NCBI RefSeq assembly: GCF_006345805.1
Contig: NC_043002.1
Coordinates: 4,464,001 to 4,528,000 of the forward strand
DNA from: Octopus sinensis
Taxonomy: Eukaryota
Direction of reading: 5' to 3'
DNA length: 64,000 bases
Shown piece by piece: positions 1 to 13,685 of the stretch. The notes beneath the pieces were generated by a model, which was given only the letters and a program-made list of their open reading frames with translations, did not search any database and had not been told where the DNA came from. Numbering within the stretch: position 1 is the stretch's first letter; each line of letters begins with the position of its first letter. The position numbers and the translations under genes were made by a program.

Positions 1-380
1 AGGGGAAAGAGAGAAAGAGAGAGATAAAGGGATAAAGGGGAGAGGGAGAAATATAGGAGAAAGAAAGAAAAAGAAAAAGTGTACGAAAGAAAGAAAAAGA
101 CAGGTTGAGGAAAAGAAAGACAGAGAGAAAAGAAAAGGAGGAGAAAAATAATGAAACTGAAAAAAGATAGGAAGAGAGTCTGAAGGGAGAGGGAGAGAGA
201 GAGAGAGAGAGAATAAGAGAAAGAGAGAGAGAGAGAATGAGAAAAAGAGAGAGAGAATGAGAGAAAGAGAGAGAAAGAGAGAAATAAAAAGGGAGTGAGA
301 AAGAGAGAGAGGAAGAAAGAAACTGAAAAAGAGGGTCTGAAGGGAGAGAGAGAGAGAGAGAGAGAGAGAGTGTGTGTGTG
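1..380. repeat. Purine-rich (GA)n/(GAAA)n low-complexity tract
   Basis: Almost pure A/G sequence with (GA)n runs, ending in (GT)n. Confidence 0.9.
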
Positions 381-1081
381 AGAGTATTAGGTGGTGATGA
401 TGGTACTAAATTCATGTTTGAACAATTACCAACTTCTATGGAACAACCGTCGTCCTTCATTCATTTAGATGGAGATTATTAGGTTAACTTGTTGGTTGTG
501 AGTGGTGTGAGTGTGTGTGTCGTATGTTCGTTGTTACGGTCGTCTGCTTAAATGATTTGAACGAACGAATAAGAAAAACAAAGTGTAAAAAGACAACAAA
601 AATAATAATTATAAGTTTACGAAATTGACTGACTCTAACATTGATTGACTTCCTCTCCTTCTCCCATTCGATCTTTCTATCCTTCATTCGGTTCCTTTCT
701 TCTTTTCTTTCTTTTCTTTTTCGCTCTCATTTACCTTTTCTTTCTCTCTTCCTTTGTTTTCGTTTCTCTTTCTCTATTTCTTTAATTATTTTCTCTTTTT
801 CTCTTTCTTCATCTCTCCCATCTTTCCTTACTTTTCTTTTTTTTTTCTTTTTAATCATTTTATTTTCATTAATGAGAAAACTGAAAGGAACATATTTCAA
901 AAGGAAAATGGGGGAGAAGAGAAACTTGTACAAACACACACAAACATTCAAGCATATTCTTGCTCTCCGACAAACGCAGAGCACCTTCGGCTTTTTCTCT
1001 CCAAAACGGCTTTTCAGTCCAACGTTTATATGCTGCCACTTAAAGCTTTATCTACTTAGAGATATCACCGAGTCCCACAAA

Positions 1082-1191
<110 letters not shown>

Positions 1192-1200
1192 CAATAATAA

Positions 1201-1245
1201 ATCTCTGAACGAGATGTGAACAGTAACCGCTCGACAACGTAAAGT
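1201..1245 (+). ncRNA. Degenerate hammerhead-ribozyme-like motif
   Basis: CTGAACGAG-atgt-gaacagta-accgCTC-GACAAC-GTA-aagt follows the core/stem II/GAAAC/GUH order, with core insertions and substitutions. Confidence 0.3.
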
Positions 1246-1949
1246 ATACTAGCCATCTCAATATGGCTAACCACTAAGGGTGGGTGTTACTGTAGCTTTT
1301 AGCCCCAGGAGATCATCGTCTCCAGCTGGCATTGGGCACACTTTCTGTGCCCTTATGGTATTTGCAAAGGGAGGTCATCCCTTCCTCGTAAACCTAAGCG
1401 ATACGCACGGACTGCAGTTTCAAGGTAATTTGCCTCTTGTCAACGTACGGTAATCACCGGTTTACGACGAAAGGAAGACCTATTTGCAAATACTTATAGG
1501 TTTTTCTAGTGACTTCCGTTACTGATTTCGAAAAACTGCAGTGTTTCTTGAGGTACATTTCCCTGTTCCTTACTGGAACCATTCTTAAAATATAACCCCA
1601 ATCATCAGACTTCTATATCACTTTCTCATAGTTTGATACTATAAACTATATTTTAATTTTTTAAACAAAAAAGTATGTGTAAGATAGGTTCGCCAGACCC
1701 TACAGTACAAGCCATACTTTAATTCAAATAAAAAATTACAAAAATAAATAAATATATAATATATAATTCTTAAACAAGAATGTTGTTTCACCCAGTTATG
1801 TCATCGTCGGCTTCATCTTTTGAATGTCCCTTATACGTATTCCAGCCCAAGTTACTCTTCAAAGTTCATACACCCAGGTTATATACTCCGCACTACTATT
1901 GCTTAACTTAGTCTGAAATACTTATCTAACTTTCGAAGGACGGTCACTT

Positions 1950-3020
1950 CTGGCTGTCGTCATCATCGCTGTTCTGAGAATCGGGCAGGGATGCTGTTTC
2001 TCATCTTTTATCGCTGTTTTCTTTTATGGTTCGTTTTGCCTTTCTTGGACGTTTATTACTTCATTTTCTTCAAATATTCTGAGTTCGGAAATTGTTTTCT
2101 TTTATCGCCATCTCCTCACTCGTTACCAGACGGGGGACACGCGCTGCTGCTGCTGCTGCAAGTTTTGGCCAGGAAACGTGGTGCTTGGTTACTTATTTTC
2201 GGACTCGCGAGTATGCACTGATTTTTCCGTCATCTCCGAGTCTATGACTCCCGGTGTTGTGGGGACTGGTTTTGTAAATGTTGTTGCTGTTACTGCTCTG
2301 GCCTCATCTCCACCATGTTATTGATGGCTATAACTAGACTAATGGGTCATCCCACTTTCTGGTCAGCTCCTGATACTGATGATACGGACGTCGTCTCTGT
2401 TAATCTCGAAGCTTTGATCGGTGATAGTGCTGGAGTTGTCTCTTACGGCTGCTGCTGTTGTTGTCCTTGCTACTCAAGTAGAAAAACTTATAAACGAATC
2501 TTTCCCGAGTGTAACAAGTGAATCTTCTGTCCTGCAATATCAGTCTTTTTGTTTTAGATTCTGCGCCTGCAACTGGACAAAGCTCCGGAATAGCCCTGTA
2601 GTTTTGAGGTGTCATAAGTACTTGCACGTCCATGCTAATTGGTCTCGATCAAATGTCATATTCCGAAATTCCTCGCTTGCGAACAGTCCATATTGCGACA
2701 CGAAGATAAAATCAAGCCAAGAGTTAATATCGTTAACAAAGCCCCTCTTTGTATCCTCTTTGTATTGTGTTAGTCCGCATACTCTTTTACTTTTTTACTT
2801 GTTTCTGTCATTTGACTGCGGCCATGCTGGAGCACCGCCTTTAGTCGAGGAAATCGACTCCAGGACTTATTCTTTGTAAGCCTAGTACATATTCTATCGG
2901 TTTCATTTGCCGAACCGCTAAATTATGGAGATGTAAACACACCAGCATCGGTTGTCAAACGATGTTGGGGGGGGACAAACACAGACACACAAAGATTTAC
3001 GCACCAAACACACACACACA

Positions 3021-3073
<53 letters not shown>

Positions 3074-3560
3074 CATATATACGATGGGCTTCCTTAAGAT
3101 TCTGTGTACCAAATCCATTCACAAGGCTTTGGTCGGCCCGAGGCTATAGTAGAAGTCACTTGCCCAAGGTGACACGCAGTGGGACTGAACCCGGAACCAT
3201 GTGGCTGGTAAATAAACTACTTACCACACAGGTTTTAATCGATGAGCAGGTGCTTCCTGTATTATTTATATCGGCTGTTCTGCCTCGACTTTGGTCTTAA
3301 AGAGCTGGTTGGTGGGCCCGTAGTATTTACTTCGATAAATTGATGCAATTTTGTTCCGCATCAGAGGGAGATCAATTTGAGGGCATACTGAAATCTGCTC
3401 CGCTTTTGATGAGGTACGGGTAATTAATATGTACATACCAGTTATCAGGAATGTGTTTAATATGTGAAATTGGTCCATGCAATAATGTTGCATCGCTAAA
3501 CTTACTGGCTATTTAAGCAATGTGTTCGTGGATAGTTAATAGCTTGCTTGAAGAAAGAGC
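1950..3560 (-). pseudogene. Degraded Ty3/Gypsy (K02A2.6-like) integrase region, interrupted by a SINE
   Basis: Minus-strand frames give IPDNWYVHINYP (cf. W.R.HID.AGP), FVSQYGLFASEEFRN (cf. VSDNGTQFTS.EF), HLKTTGLFRSFVQ (cf. HPQSNGLAERFVQ), ELTRKWDDP and PSITWWR. Many stops and frameshifts. Confidence 0.5.
2781..3230 (-). mobile_element. SINE family A (tRNA-like head, CORE-like CCTTGGGCAAG segment, internal microsatellite, AAGAGT tail)
   Basis: Matches more than 10 other copies in the window; internal (CA)n(TA)n. Confidence 0.85.
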
Positions 3561-4396
3561 AATAACTCCTGAAATATGTATATACAGCTATTAGTTACTT
3601 TTATATCTTCGTTTGCATTGTTTACGTAGACGTATTAGTTTACAAAGGCCCCCTACATGGCCTTGCTTTTTGCTTTTTGAGCCAAAAAATTAACTAACTA
3701 ACTAACTAACAAAACGTCGTAACTTTCGGCTCTAAATTCTGTAGGAAATCTGTTGAGATACATTTAGAATATAGAAAAATATTTCTTTTTGTCCCCTATC
3801 GAAAAAGAGACAGTGTTATTCTAGCTCCTGGGTCTGTATCCTGTCCAATCTTAGATACTCTCTGTTGAAGCAATACGAGTAAAAGTATTTTTACCATTCA
3901 TGTATTCGCTAAATATAACTTGGATATAATACGCAGAAGTGCTACAGAGCTGTTTTTGCAGTTGCTGTTCTTCAGATCATCATTAAAGTCATTTTCGATG
4001 CTTGAAAATACATTTACTTTATTCTTTTCGAAATGACCACGCGGAACGGTAAATTCTTTTTTTTTTTTTTTTTTTTTGTATTCATGTTATTTTATGCTTG
4101 TTAAATGTCTGAAGAAGCATTTTGATATGTCTTTGAGAGGCTGTATCCGTCTGCACTTCGTTCTTGCTTTTGTTATTGTTGTTACTACTGATAATCAAAT
4201 ACGGCAGAAATTTTAACAACAGAGTGACAACCAAAATACTCTAATGAAGTTTTTTCTCATCCAAATGGGCCAAAAAAAGCAAATAATTAAAACATATCTT
4301 CGTTTAATGTTAGATAACATTAGTAGAAAATGTCCACCACTTAAAACCTACTTCGGAATCCAAAAGCTGGAGGCAAAGGCATCTGACTCTAACGTT

Positions 4397-4620
4397 ATCT
4401 TTTATCTTTTACTTGTTTCAGTCATTAGGCTACGGTCAAGCTGGAGTACCGCCTTGAAGTGTTTAGTCGAACAAACCAGCTTACTTTTAGAGTCTGGTAT
4501 TTATTCTATCGTTTCGTTTTTGCCGAACCACTAAGTTACGGGAACGTAAACAAATCAACACCAGTTGTCAAGCGGTGGTGGAAGACAAACATTCACAATG
4601 CACAAAAACGCGCACACACA

Positions 4621-4678
<58 letters not shown>

Positions 4679-4860
4679 ACACACACACTCATACACACTC
4701 ATACGCCGGGCTTCTTTCAGTTTCTGTCTACCAAATCCACTCACAAGGCTTTAGTCGGCCGAGGCTATAGTAGAAGACACTTGCCCAAGGTGCCACGCAG
4801 TGGGACAGAACCCGGAACCATGTGGTTCGTAAGCAAGCTACTTACCACACAGCCACTCCA
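4397..4860 (-). mobile_element. SINE family A copy
   Basis: Same head and tail, internal (CA)n. Confidence 0.85.
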
Positions 4861-5477
4861 CCTTCACTTTCTTTTTGGAAGTTGGCTTTGCCAAAGAGGA
4901 ACGTGTCTATCTTCAAGCCTTTTCAATCTGCTCCATCACACAAATTCTTTCACTAAAGCCATCAGACAAATAAAAACTTCACGGCCTAAGGAACGTGGAA
5001 GGAGGATCTTTACAAAGAACTCAGATGATAGCTAGGTTCACCCTACATGCAACAGCAGGTACTTGTCATAACTTGACATGACAGCAATGTCGGACACAAT
5101 TCCCTTGTATTGCGTGCATCATGGGCAAAATTGGTTCACGGTACTTCCTTGCATATAGACATTATCACGATCCGGCAAAGTATCATTTCTCGAGCGTGAT
5201 AATGTCATTTCTCATTTTTCGTTAACCATATATAAATTTATTCTTTGGAGATTACCGAAATTAAATTGCGTTAGCATTTCCTTATTGGATTCGTCCTCGA
5301 AGTAACAAACATCTTCTGGGTTAAAGTACTTTCTGGTGTCAGACACACCTTGTAACATCAATATTATCTTATCGGTCATGGTGGCGTAAATCTCACCAAA
5401 CCATATATTGGATGCATGTCATTAGATGCTCTAGCGCTTCTACCAACTCACAAATCTTAACTATACTAATGATTAAA

Positions 5478-5790
<313 letters not shown>

Positions 5791-6165
5791 CGAAAAATGT
5801 GCCAAAGCAACCTTGGAAAGAGGAAAACTACTTAAGAGTAACAAAATCATGGTAGAAAAAGACAGTAAAATGAGAATAAGACCAAACCCAGACGTACAAA
5901 TGGTTAGGAACCAGATAGAATAGAACACACACAAAAAGAAAGGGAAGATAAGGAAGGAATATTACAGACGAACTACATTAATATTTAAAACAGAGTCCAA
6001 TGCGGAAAACAAAATAATAGGTATCAACACTCTAGCTGTTCCTGTTACACTTACAATATTCTTAATTGAACACTAAATGAACTAACGAAACTAGATCGGG
6101 AGACAAGAAGATAATGACCGGAATTTAGTATAAGTGACTCAAAATCTGACATAGAAAAATTTTAT
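5791..6165 (+). mobile_element. R4/Dong-clade non-LTR retrotransposon fragment (RT C-terminal region)
   Basis: KCAKATLERGKL, KIRKEYYRRT and NAENKIIGINTLAVPV motifs; starts directly after (AAT)n. Confidence 0.65.
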
Positions 6166-6199
6166 ACACACGCGCACGCACGCACACACACACATCCGA

Positions 6200-7100
6200 G
6201 TTAGATGCACGTAACAAGGTGTTAGCTATAAATTCCTTAGCAGTTCCGACTCTTATTTACAGTTTCAATGCGTTGAACTGGAATATGAGTGAAATAAGGA
6301 AGATTGACAGGAAAATCAGTAAGCTGCTGACTTGCAATAAGATGGATGGTGATGGAAGCACTCCGTCGGTTACGACGACGAGGGTTCCGGTTGATCCGAA
6401 TCAACGGAACAGCCTGCTCGTGAAATTAACGTGTAAGTGGCTGAGCACTCTACAGACACGTGTACCCTTAACGTAGTTCTCGGGGATATTCAGCGTGACA
6501 CAGAGAGTGACGAGGCCGGCCCCTTGAAATACAGGTACAACAGAAACAGGGAGTAAGAGTGAGAGAAAGTTGTGGTGAAAGAGTACAGCAGGGTTCACCA
6601 CCATCCCCTGTCGGAGTCTCATGGAGCTTTAGGTGTTTTCGCTCAATAAACACTCACAACGCCCGGTCTGGGAATCGAAACCGCGATCCTACGACCGCGA
6701 GTCCGCTGCCCTAACCACAGGGCCATTGCGCCTCCACTGCTATAAGATACACTACCTAAAGGACGTTTTTATCTACCCAGAGCTCAAGGAGGTCGAGGCT
6801 TTGATCCAATTTGAAATCTCCTACAAAACCACCACAATTGGCCTGGCAAAATATCGTGAAACATATAACGACTGGAGAGCAAAGAATTTTCAAGTGAGGT
6901 TGAACAGCACGATGGAAGTGCAGCAACAGTAGTTGCAAAGAAGATGAAATCAGTAGCAAAGAAAAATGCGTTTGAATAACTGGCTGATAGGTGGGAACAA
7001 AAACCTCTGCATGGCAAATATGTTCCTAAGTGGCTGACAAAATATGCATCTCTGATTACGAGCAGAAGTAGTGAGGGAGCATCATAGCCATGTGTTGAGA
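6200..7100 (+). mobile_element. R4/Dong-clade LINE fragment split by a SINE insertion
   Basis: AINSLAVPTLIYSF...IRKIDRKISKLLTCNKM resumes after 6748 as HYLKDV...LIQFEISYKTTTIGLAKY and later KPLHGKY. Confidence 0.7.
6344..6737 (-). mobile_element. tRNA-derived SINE family C (tail type 1) with 11-bp TSD
   Basis: Head GGAGGCGCAATGGCCCTGTGGTTAGG...GGTTTCGATTCCC has A/B boxes. Flanked by TGCAATAAGAT (6333-6343) and TGCTATAAGAT (6738-6748). Confidence 0.85.
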
Positions 7101-7389
7101 GGAATTCTTTGAGGTTTAAATAATTCACCCTGGGAACATCGGTGTCTCGTTCAACATCCTTAAACAGCCCTTATTCAAAGAGCGCTTGAGCAGGATGGGC
7201 TACTCGACTTGAAGAAACTTCTAACTGGACCCCCACCTGCAAGGTCAAGCGCTTTTTATCTTGGTATGAGATCTCCATATTGCGCACATATGATTGTGAT
7301 GCATGTTCCTGTTGTACCCATATCAGCCGAGTAGTCATGATGGGTATATTGGGCTTCGTATATTTTACCCCAGTATCACTTTGATGACA

Positions 7390-7420
7390 TGCACTGCTCT
7401 CTCACTCAATATTATTATTA

Positions 7421-7454
<34 letters not shown>

Positions 7455-7752
7455 CATTATTATTATTATTATTATTGTTATTATTGTTGTTGTTGTTGTT
7501 GTTGTTATTATTATTATTATTACTATTATTATTATTATTATTATTGTTGTTGTTGTTGTTGTTATTATTATTATTATTATCATCATTATTATTATTATCA
7601 TTGTTGTTATTATTATCATCATCATCATCATCATCATTATTATTATTTTTATCATTATTATTATCATTATTATTATTATTATTATTATTATCATTATTAC
7701 TGTTGTTGTTGTTATCGTCATCGTCATCGTCATCATCATCATCATCATCATC
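7390..7752. repeat. (TAT)n/(TGT)n/(CAT)n compound trinucleotide repeat
   Basis: Direct reading. Confidence 0.95.
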
Positions 7753-8074
7753 TGTGTTTCTTTATCGACCACAAGTGGCGCGAAGGAAGGGCACTACAGG
7801 TTGATACACGTAAACAGCAGTATATGTAAATTGAAGCTGTACTGCTAAATGAAATTGAACCCAGTATTTCTAGTTCAGTGAATCAAAACCCCCACTATCG
7901 AGGTTATATACGTCTGTATAACATATGTAAACAAGCGTAGATATGAACATTTACCGAGTGCAACGAAGTGGAAACTTTATACATCGCATTAATAGATTCT
8001 TCCTATGACAAAAGGGCTTTTAAGATGGAGCGGGGTAGGTGGTGCAGACAAAAGACCAAACAATACTTGTTGCC

Positions 8075-8242
8075 GTGATGGTTGTTGTTGCTGCTGCTGT
8101 TAGTGGTGGTGGTGGTGGTGGTGGTGATGGTGGTGGTGGAGGCGGTAGTGGGAGTGTTTTGTAGTCATTACCGCCATTGTTGTGGCTGCAGTAATAGCAC
8201 ACAACGACGCCGACGATGAATATGGTGAATATGATGATGATA

Positions 8243-8273
<31 letters not shown>

Positions 8274-8459
8274 CCACTATAATGGGTAGTGGTGGTAGTA
8301 GTAGTAGTAGCAGCAGCAGCAGCAGCAGTAGTAGTGGTAGTAGTGGTAGCGGTAGCTGGAATGATGATGATGGTAATGATGATGATGACGTCGACGCTAG
8401 CAATGATTTCGATGATGATGACTATGACGGTAATGACGGTGATGACGAATACGACGACG

Positions 8460-8491
<32 letters not shown>

Positions 8492-8530
8492 AATGATGAT
8501 GATGATGATGATGACGACGACGACGATGAC
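8075..8530. repeat. Mixed (GGT)/(GAT)/(GAC)/(AGC)n low-complexity tract
   Basis: Direct reading. Confidence 0.85.
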
Positions 8531-8692
8531 TTGGGTAGACACTAGGAGGCTTTCTACAATTCCACCCTCTTTCTTAAGAGGTATTACTATTGCTCCACCT
8601 AGACTTTGCATTAATTACATTGATAGAGCTACGGAAATACTCGCAACAAGCATCAGGAACTTCACTAGAATTTCTATTAAAGATCTTAAGAG

Positions 8693-11600
8693 CCCTATTA
8701 AGCCATCGCAAAACATCTGTGATCCCTATTAAACCATCTCAAAACATCTGTGATCCCTATTAAACCATCTCAAAACATCTGTGATCCTATTATTAAACCA
8801 TCTCAAAACATCTGTGATCCCTATTAAACCATCGCAAAACATCTGTGATCCCTATTAAACCATCTCAAAACATCTGTGATCCCTATTAAACCATCTCAAA
8901 ACATCTGTGATCCCTATTAAACCATCTCAAAACATCTGTGATCCCTATTAAACCATCGCAAAACATCTGTGATCCCTATTAAACCATCTCAAAACATCTG
9001 TGATCCCTATTAAACCATCTCAAAACATCTGTGATCCCTATTAAACCATCTCAAAACATCTGTGATCCCTATTAAACCATCTCAAAACATCTGTGATCCC
9101 TATTAAACCATCTCAAAACATCTGTGATCCCTATTAAACATCGCAAAACATCTGTGATCCCTATTAAACCATCTCAAAACATCTGTGATCCTATTAAACC
9201 ATCTCAAAACATCTGTGATCCCTATTAAACCATCGCAAAACATCTGTGATCCCTATTAAACCATCTCAAAACATCTGTGATCCCTATTAACCATCTCAAA
9301 ACATCTGTGATCCCTATTAAACCATCTCAAAACATCTGTGATCCCTATTAAACCATCGCAAAACATCTGTGATCCCTATTAAACCATCTCAAAACATCTG
9401 TGATCCCTATTAAACCATCTCAAAACATCTGTGATCCCTATTAAACCATCGCAAAACATCTGTGATCCCTATTAAACCATCTCAAAACATCTGTGATCCC
9501 TATTAACCATCTCAAAACATCTGTGATCCCTATTAAACCATCTCAAAACATCTGTGATCCCTATTATTAAACCATCGCAAAACATCTGTGATCCCTATTA
9601 AACCATCTCAAAACATCTGTGATCCCTTATTAAACCATCTCAAAACATCTGTGATCCCTATTAAACCATCGCCAAAACATCTGTGATCCCTATTAAACCA
9701 TCTCAAAACATCTGTGATCACTATTAAACCATCTCAAAACATCTGTGATCCCTATTAAACCATCTCAAAACATCTGTGATCCCTATTAAACCATCTCAAA
9801 ACATCTGTGATCCCTATTAAACCATCGCAAAACATCTGTGATCCCTATTAAACCATCTCAAAACATCTGTGATCCCTATTAAACCATCTCAAAACATCTG
9901 TGATCCCTATTAAACCATCTCAAAACATCTGTGATCCCTATTAAACCATCGCAAAACATCTGTGATCCCTATTAAACCATCGCAAAACATCTGTGATCCC
10001 TATTAAACCATCTCAAAACATCTGTGATCCCTATTAAACCATCGCAAAACATCTGTGATCCCTATTAAACCATCGCAAAACATCTGTGATCCCTATTAAA
10101 CCATCTCAAAACATCTGTGATCCCTATTAAACCATCGCAAAACATCTGTGATCCCTATTAAACCATCTCAAAACATCTGTGATCCCTATTAAACCATCGC
10201 AAAACATCTGTGATCCCTATTAAACCATCTCAAAACATCTGTGATCCCTATTAAACCATCTCAAAACATCTGTGATCCCTATTAAACCATCTCAAAAATC
10301 TGTGATCCTATATTAAACCATCGCAAAACATCTGTGATCCCTATTAAACCATCGCAAAACATCTGTGATCCCTATTAAACCATCGCAAAACATCTGTGAT
10401 CCCTATTAAACCATCGCAAAACATCTGTGATCCCTATTAAACCATCGCAAAACATCTGTGATCCCTATTAAACCATCGCAAAACATCTGTGATCCTATTA
10501 AACCATCGCAAAACATCTGTGATCCCTATTAAACCATCGCAAAACACTCTGTGATCCCTATTAAACCATCTCAAAACATCTGTGATCCCTATTATTAAAC
10601 CATCTCAAAACATCTGTGATCCCTATTAAACATCTCAAAACATCTGTGATCCCTATTAAACCATCGCAAAACATCTGTGATCCCTATTAAACCATCTCAA
10701 AACATCTGTGATCCCTATTAAACCATCTCAAAACATCTGTGATCCCTATTAAACCATCTCAAAACATCTGTGATCCCTATTAAACCATCTCAAAACATCT
10801 GTGATCCCTATTAAACCATCTCAAAACATCTGTGATCCCTATTAAACCATCGCAAAACATCTGTGATCCCTATTAAACCATCGCAAAACATCTGTGATCC
10901 CTATTAAACCATCGCAAAACATCTGTGATCCCTATTAAACCATCGCCAAAACATCTGTGATCCCTATTAAACCATCGCAAAACATCTGTGATCCCTATTA
11001 AACCATCGCAAAACATCTGTGATCCCTATTAAAACCATCTCAAAACATCTGTGATCCCTATTAAACCATCTCAAAACATCTGTGATCCCTATTAAACCAT
11101 CTCAAAACATCTGTGATCCCTATTAAACCATCGCAAAACATCTGTGATCCCTATTAAACCATCTCAAAACATCTGTGATCCCTATTAAACATCTCAAAAC
11201 ATCTGTGTGATCCCTATTAAACCATCTCAAAACATCTGTGATCCCTATTAAACCATCTCAAAACATCTGTGATCCCTATTAAACCATCTCAAAACATCTG
11301 TGATCCCTATTAAACCATCTCAAAACATCTGTGATCCCTATTAAACCATCTCAAAACATCTGTGATCCCTATTAAACCATCTCAAAACATCTGTGATCCC
11401 TATTAAACCATCTCAAAACATCTGTGATCCCTATTAAACCATCGCAAAACATCTGTGATCCCTATTAAACCATCTCAAAACATCTGTGATCCCTATTAAA
11501 CCATCTCAAAACATCTGTGATCCTATTAAACATCGCAAAACATCTGTGATCCCTATTAAACCATCGCAAAACATCTGTGATCCCTATTAAACCATCTCAA

Positions 11601-12272
11601 AACATCTGTGATCCCTATTAAAGCATCTCAAAACATCTGTGATCCCTATTAAACCATCTCAAAACATCTGTGATCCCTATTAAACCATCTCAAAACATCT
11701 GTGATCCCTATTAAACCATCGCAAAACATCTGTGATCCCTATTAAACCATCGCAAAACATCTGTGATCCCTATTAACCATCTCAAAACATCTGTGATCCC
11801 TATTAAACCATCTCAAAACATCTGTGATCCCTATTAAACCATCTCAAAACATCTGTGATCCCTATTAAACCATCTCAAAACATCTGTGATCCCTATTAAA
11901 CCATCTCAAAACATCTGTGATCCCTATTAAACCATCGCAAAACATCTGTGATCCCTATTAAACCATCTCAAAACATCTGTGATCCCTATTAAACCATCTC
12001 AAAACATCTGTGATCCCTATTAAACCATCTCAAAACATCTGTGATCCCTATTAAACCATCGCAAAACATCTGTGATCCCTATTAAACCATCTCAAAACAT
12101 CTGTGATCCCTATTAAACCATCTCAAAACATCTGTGATCCCTATTAAACCATCTCAAAACATCTGTGATCCCTATTAAACCATCTCAAAACATCTGTGAT
12201 CCCTATTAAACCATCGCAAAACATCTGTGATCCCTATTAAACCATCGCAAAACATCTGTGATCCCTATTAAG
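8693..12272. repeat. 31-bp tandem minisatellite, about 115 units, consensus AAACCATC(T/G)CAAAACATCTGTGATCCCTATT
   Basis: Head-to-tail units without spacers; 3570 bp between the two flanking CCCTATTAAG copies; one dimorphic T/G site and scattered 1-3 bp indels. Confidence 0.97.
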
Positions 12273-12559
12273 ATTAAGTAAGAGTAACTTAAGAAAATCC
12301 TTCGCTACATTTGTTCTTACTTTTTTTGCCTGTATTTATTTTCGCAAAAAATTGGATTATATCGCGGAATTTTTCTATTTCTGGGAGCTTCCGGCCCGGG
12401 TACATATTCTGTTCAATCCAAAAATCCGTTACGATTAAATGCTTTGTTCTAGAAAGTTGAAGTTTTGGCAAAAGATTTCTGTTATTGAGGATAATGAAGG
12501 TATATAATCGACTAACGTTTTGTTACGGTCTCGATTCTTAAGGATAGTTACCTAGTTTC

Positions 12560-12755
12560 CATAGCGTATAAGTGGCCGAGAGCACAACATTCTCCCTAAA
12601 CGGGGGTCCAGTTCCTTGCATGGTCACTCATTACGGCTGAGTGGCCTGGTGCAACGCGAAACGAAGTGTTTTGCTCTCGTGCACAACGTACTAACTATCC
12701 CGAAATCGAAACCACAATCTTACGATGGCGTGTGAAACACTAACCACTAGGCCGC
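12560..12755 (-). mobile_element. Diverged tRNA-derived SINE (family D)
   Basis: Minus strand GGCCTAGTGGTTAGTG...GGTTTCGATTTCGGG head followed by GAGCAAAACACTTC...CCACTCAGC body. Confidence 0.55.
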
Positions 12756-13185
12756 TGAAACTAAACTGGTAGATGTTTCAAAAATTTGTAAATATAAAAT
12801 AACATTCATTAATTTTATAATAAGGAAAATATGTGTTAGCAACTAAACCTAATGTTATATCTAGAAAATTTACTTTAGTTTTGTTGGCATCGGCAATAAT
12901 ATTTAATTCTAGATCATTGAACATTGATATAATATCTGATTCTGTCAAATAAATCTGCTAATCCACTGGTATTTTACCATCAACCCAGAAATAAAAAAAA
13001 AGTAATGTTGACTTTAACAGGATTTGAACTGGGAACAAATATTACACAGCACTTTTATATGATGTTCTAACAATAATGTAAATTTGTTGCTTTATTTCTC
13101 ATATTAGCATTAAACATCACAGATTTATAGGAGCTTAATCGATGTAACATCAATAGATTGCTGTTATTTCTGCGGACGTTAACCA

Positions 13186-13685
<500 letters not shown>

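Noticed and set aside
391-482. Possible terminal exon GGDDGTKFMFEQLPTSMEQPSSFIHLDGDY*
   Set aside because: No polypyrimidine tract before the AG and no recognisable homology.
2400-2780. Repeated in-frame TGA codons suggesting a selenoprotein or an alternative genetic code
   Set aside because: Better explained by decay of a retroelement ORF; no SECIS evidence, and other frames contain TAA/TAG.
2421-2879. 152-aa plus-strand ORF
   Set aside because: It is the antisense shadow of the Gypsy relic and runs into a SINE.
8693-12272. CRISPR array
   Set aside because: Units are contiguous with no unique spacers, there are no cas genes and the context is eukaryotic.
12325-12490. Candidate minus-strand exon (LIVTDFWIEQNMYPGRKLPEIEKF)
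   Set aside because: Plausible splice sites, but its phase does not chain with the 15.8-kb candidate and the family is unrecognised.
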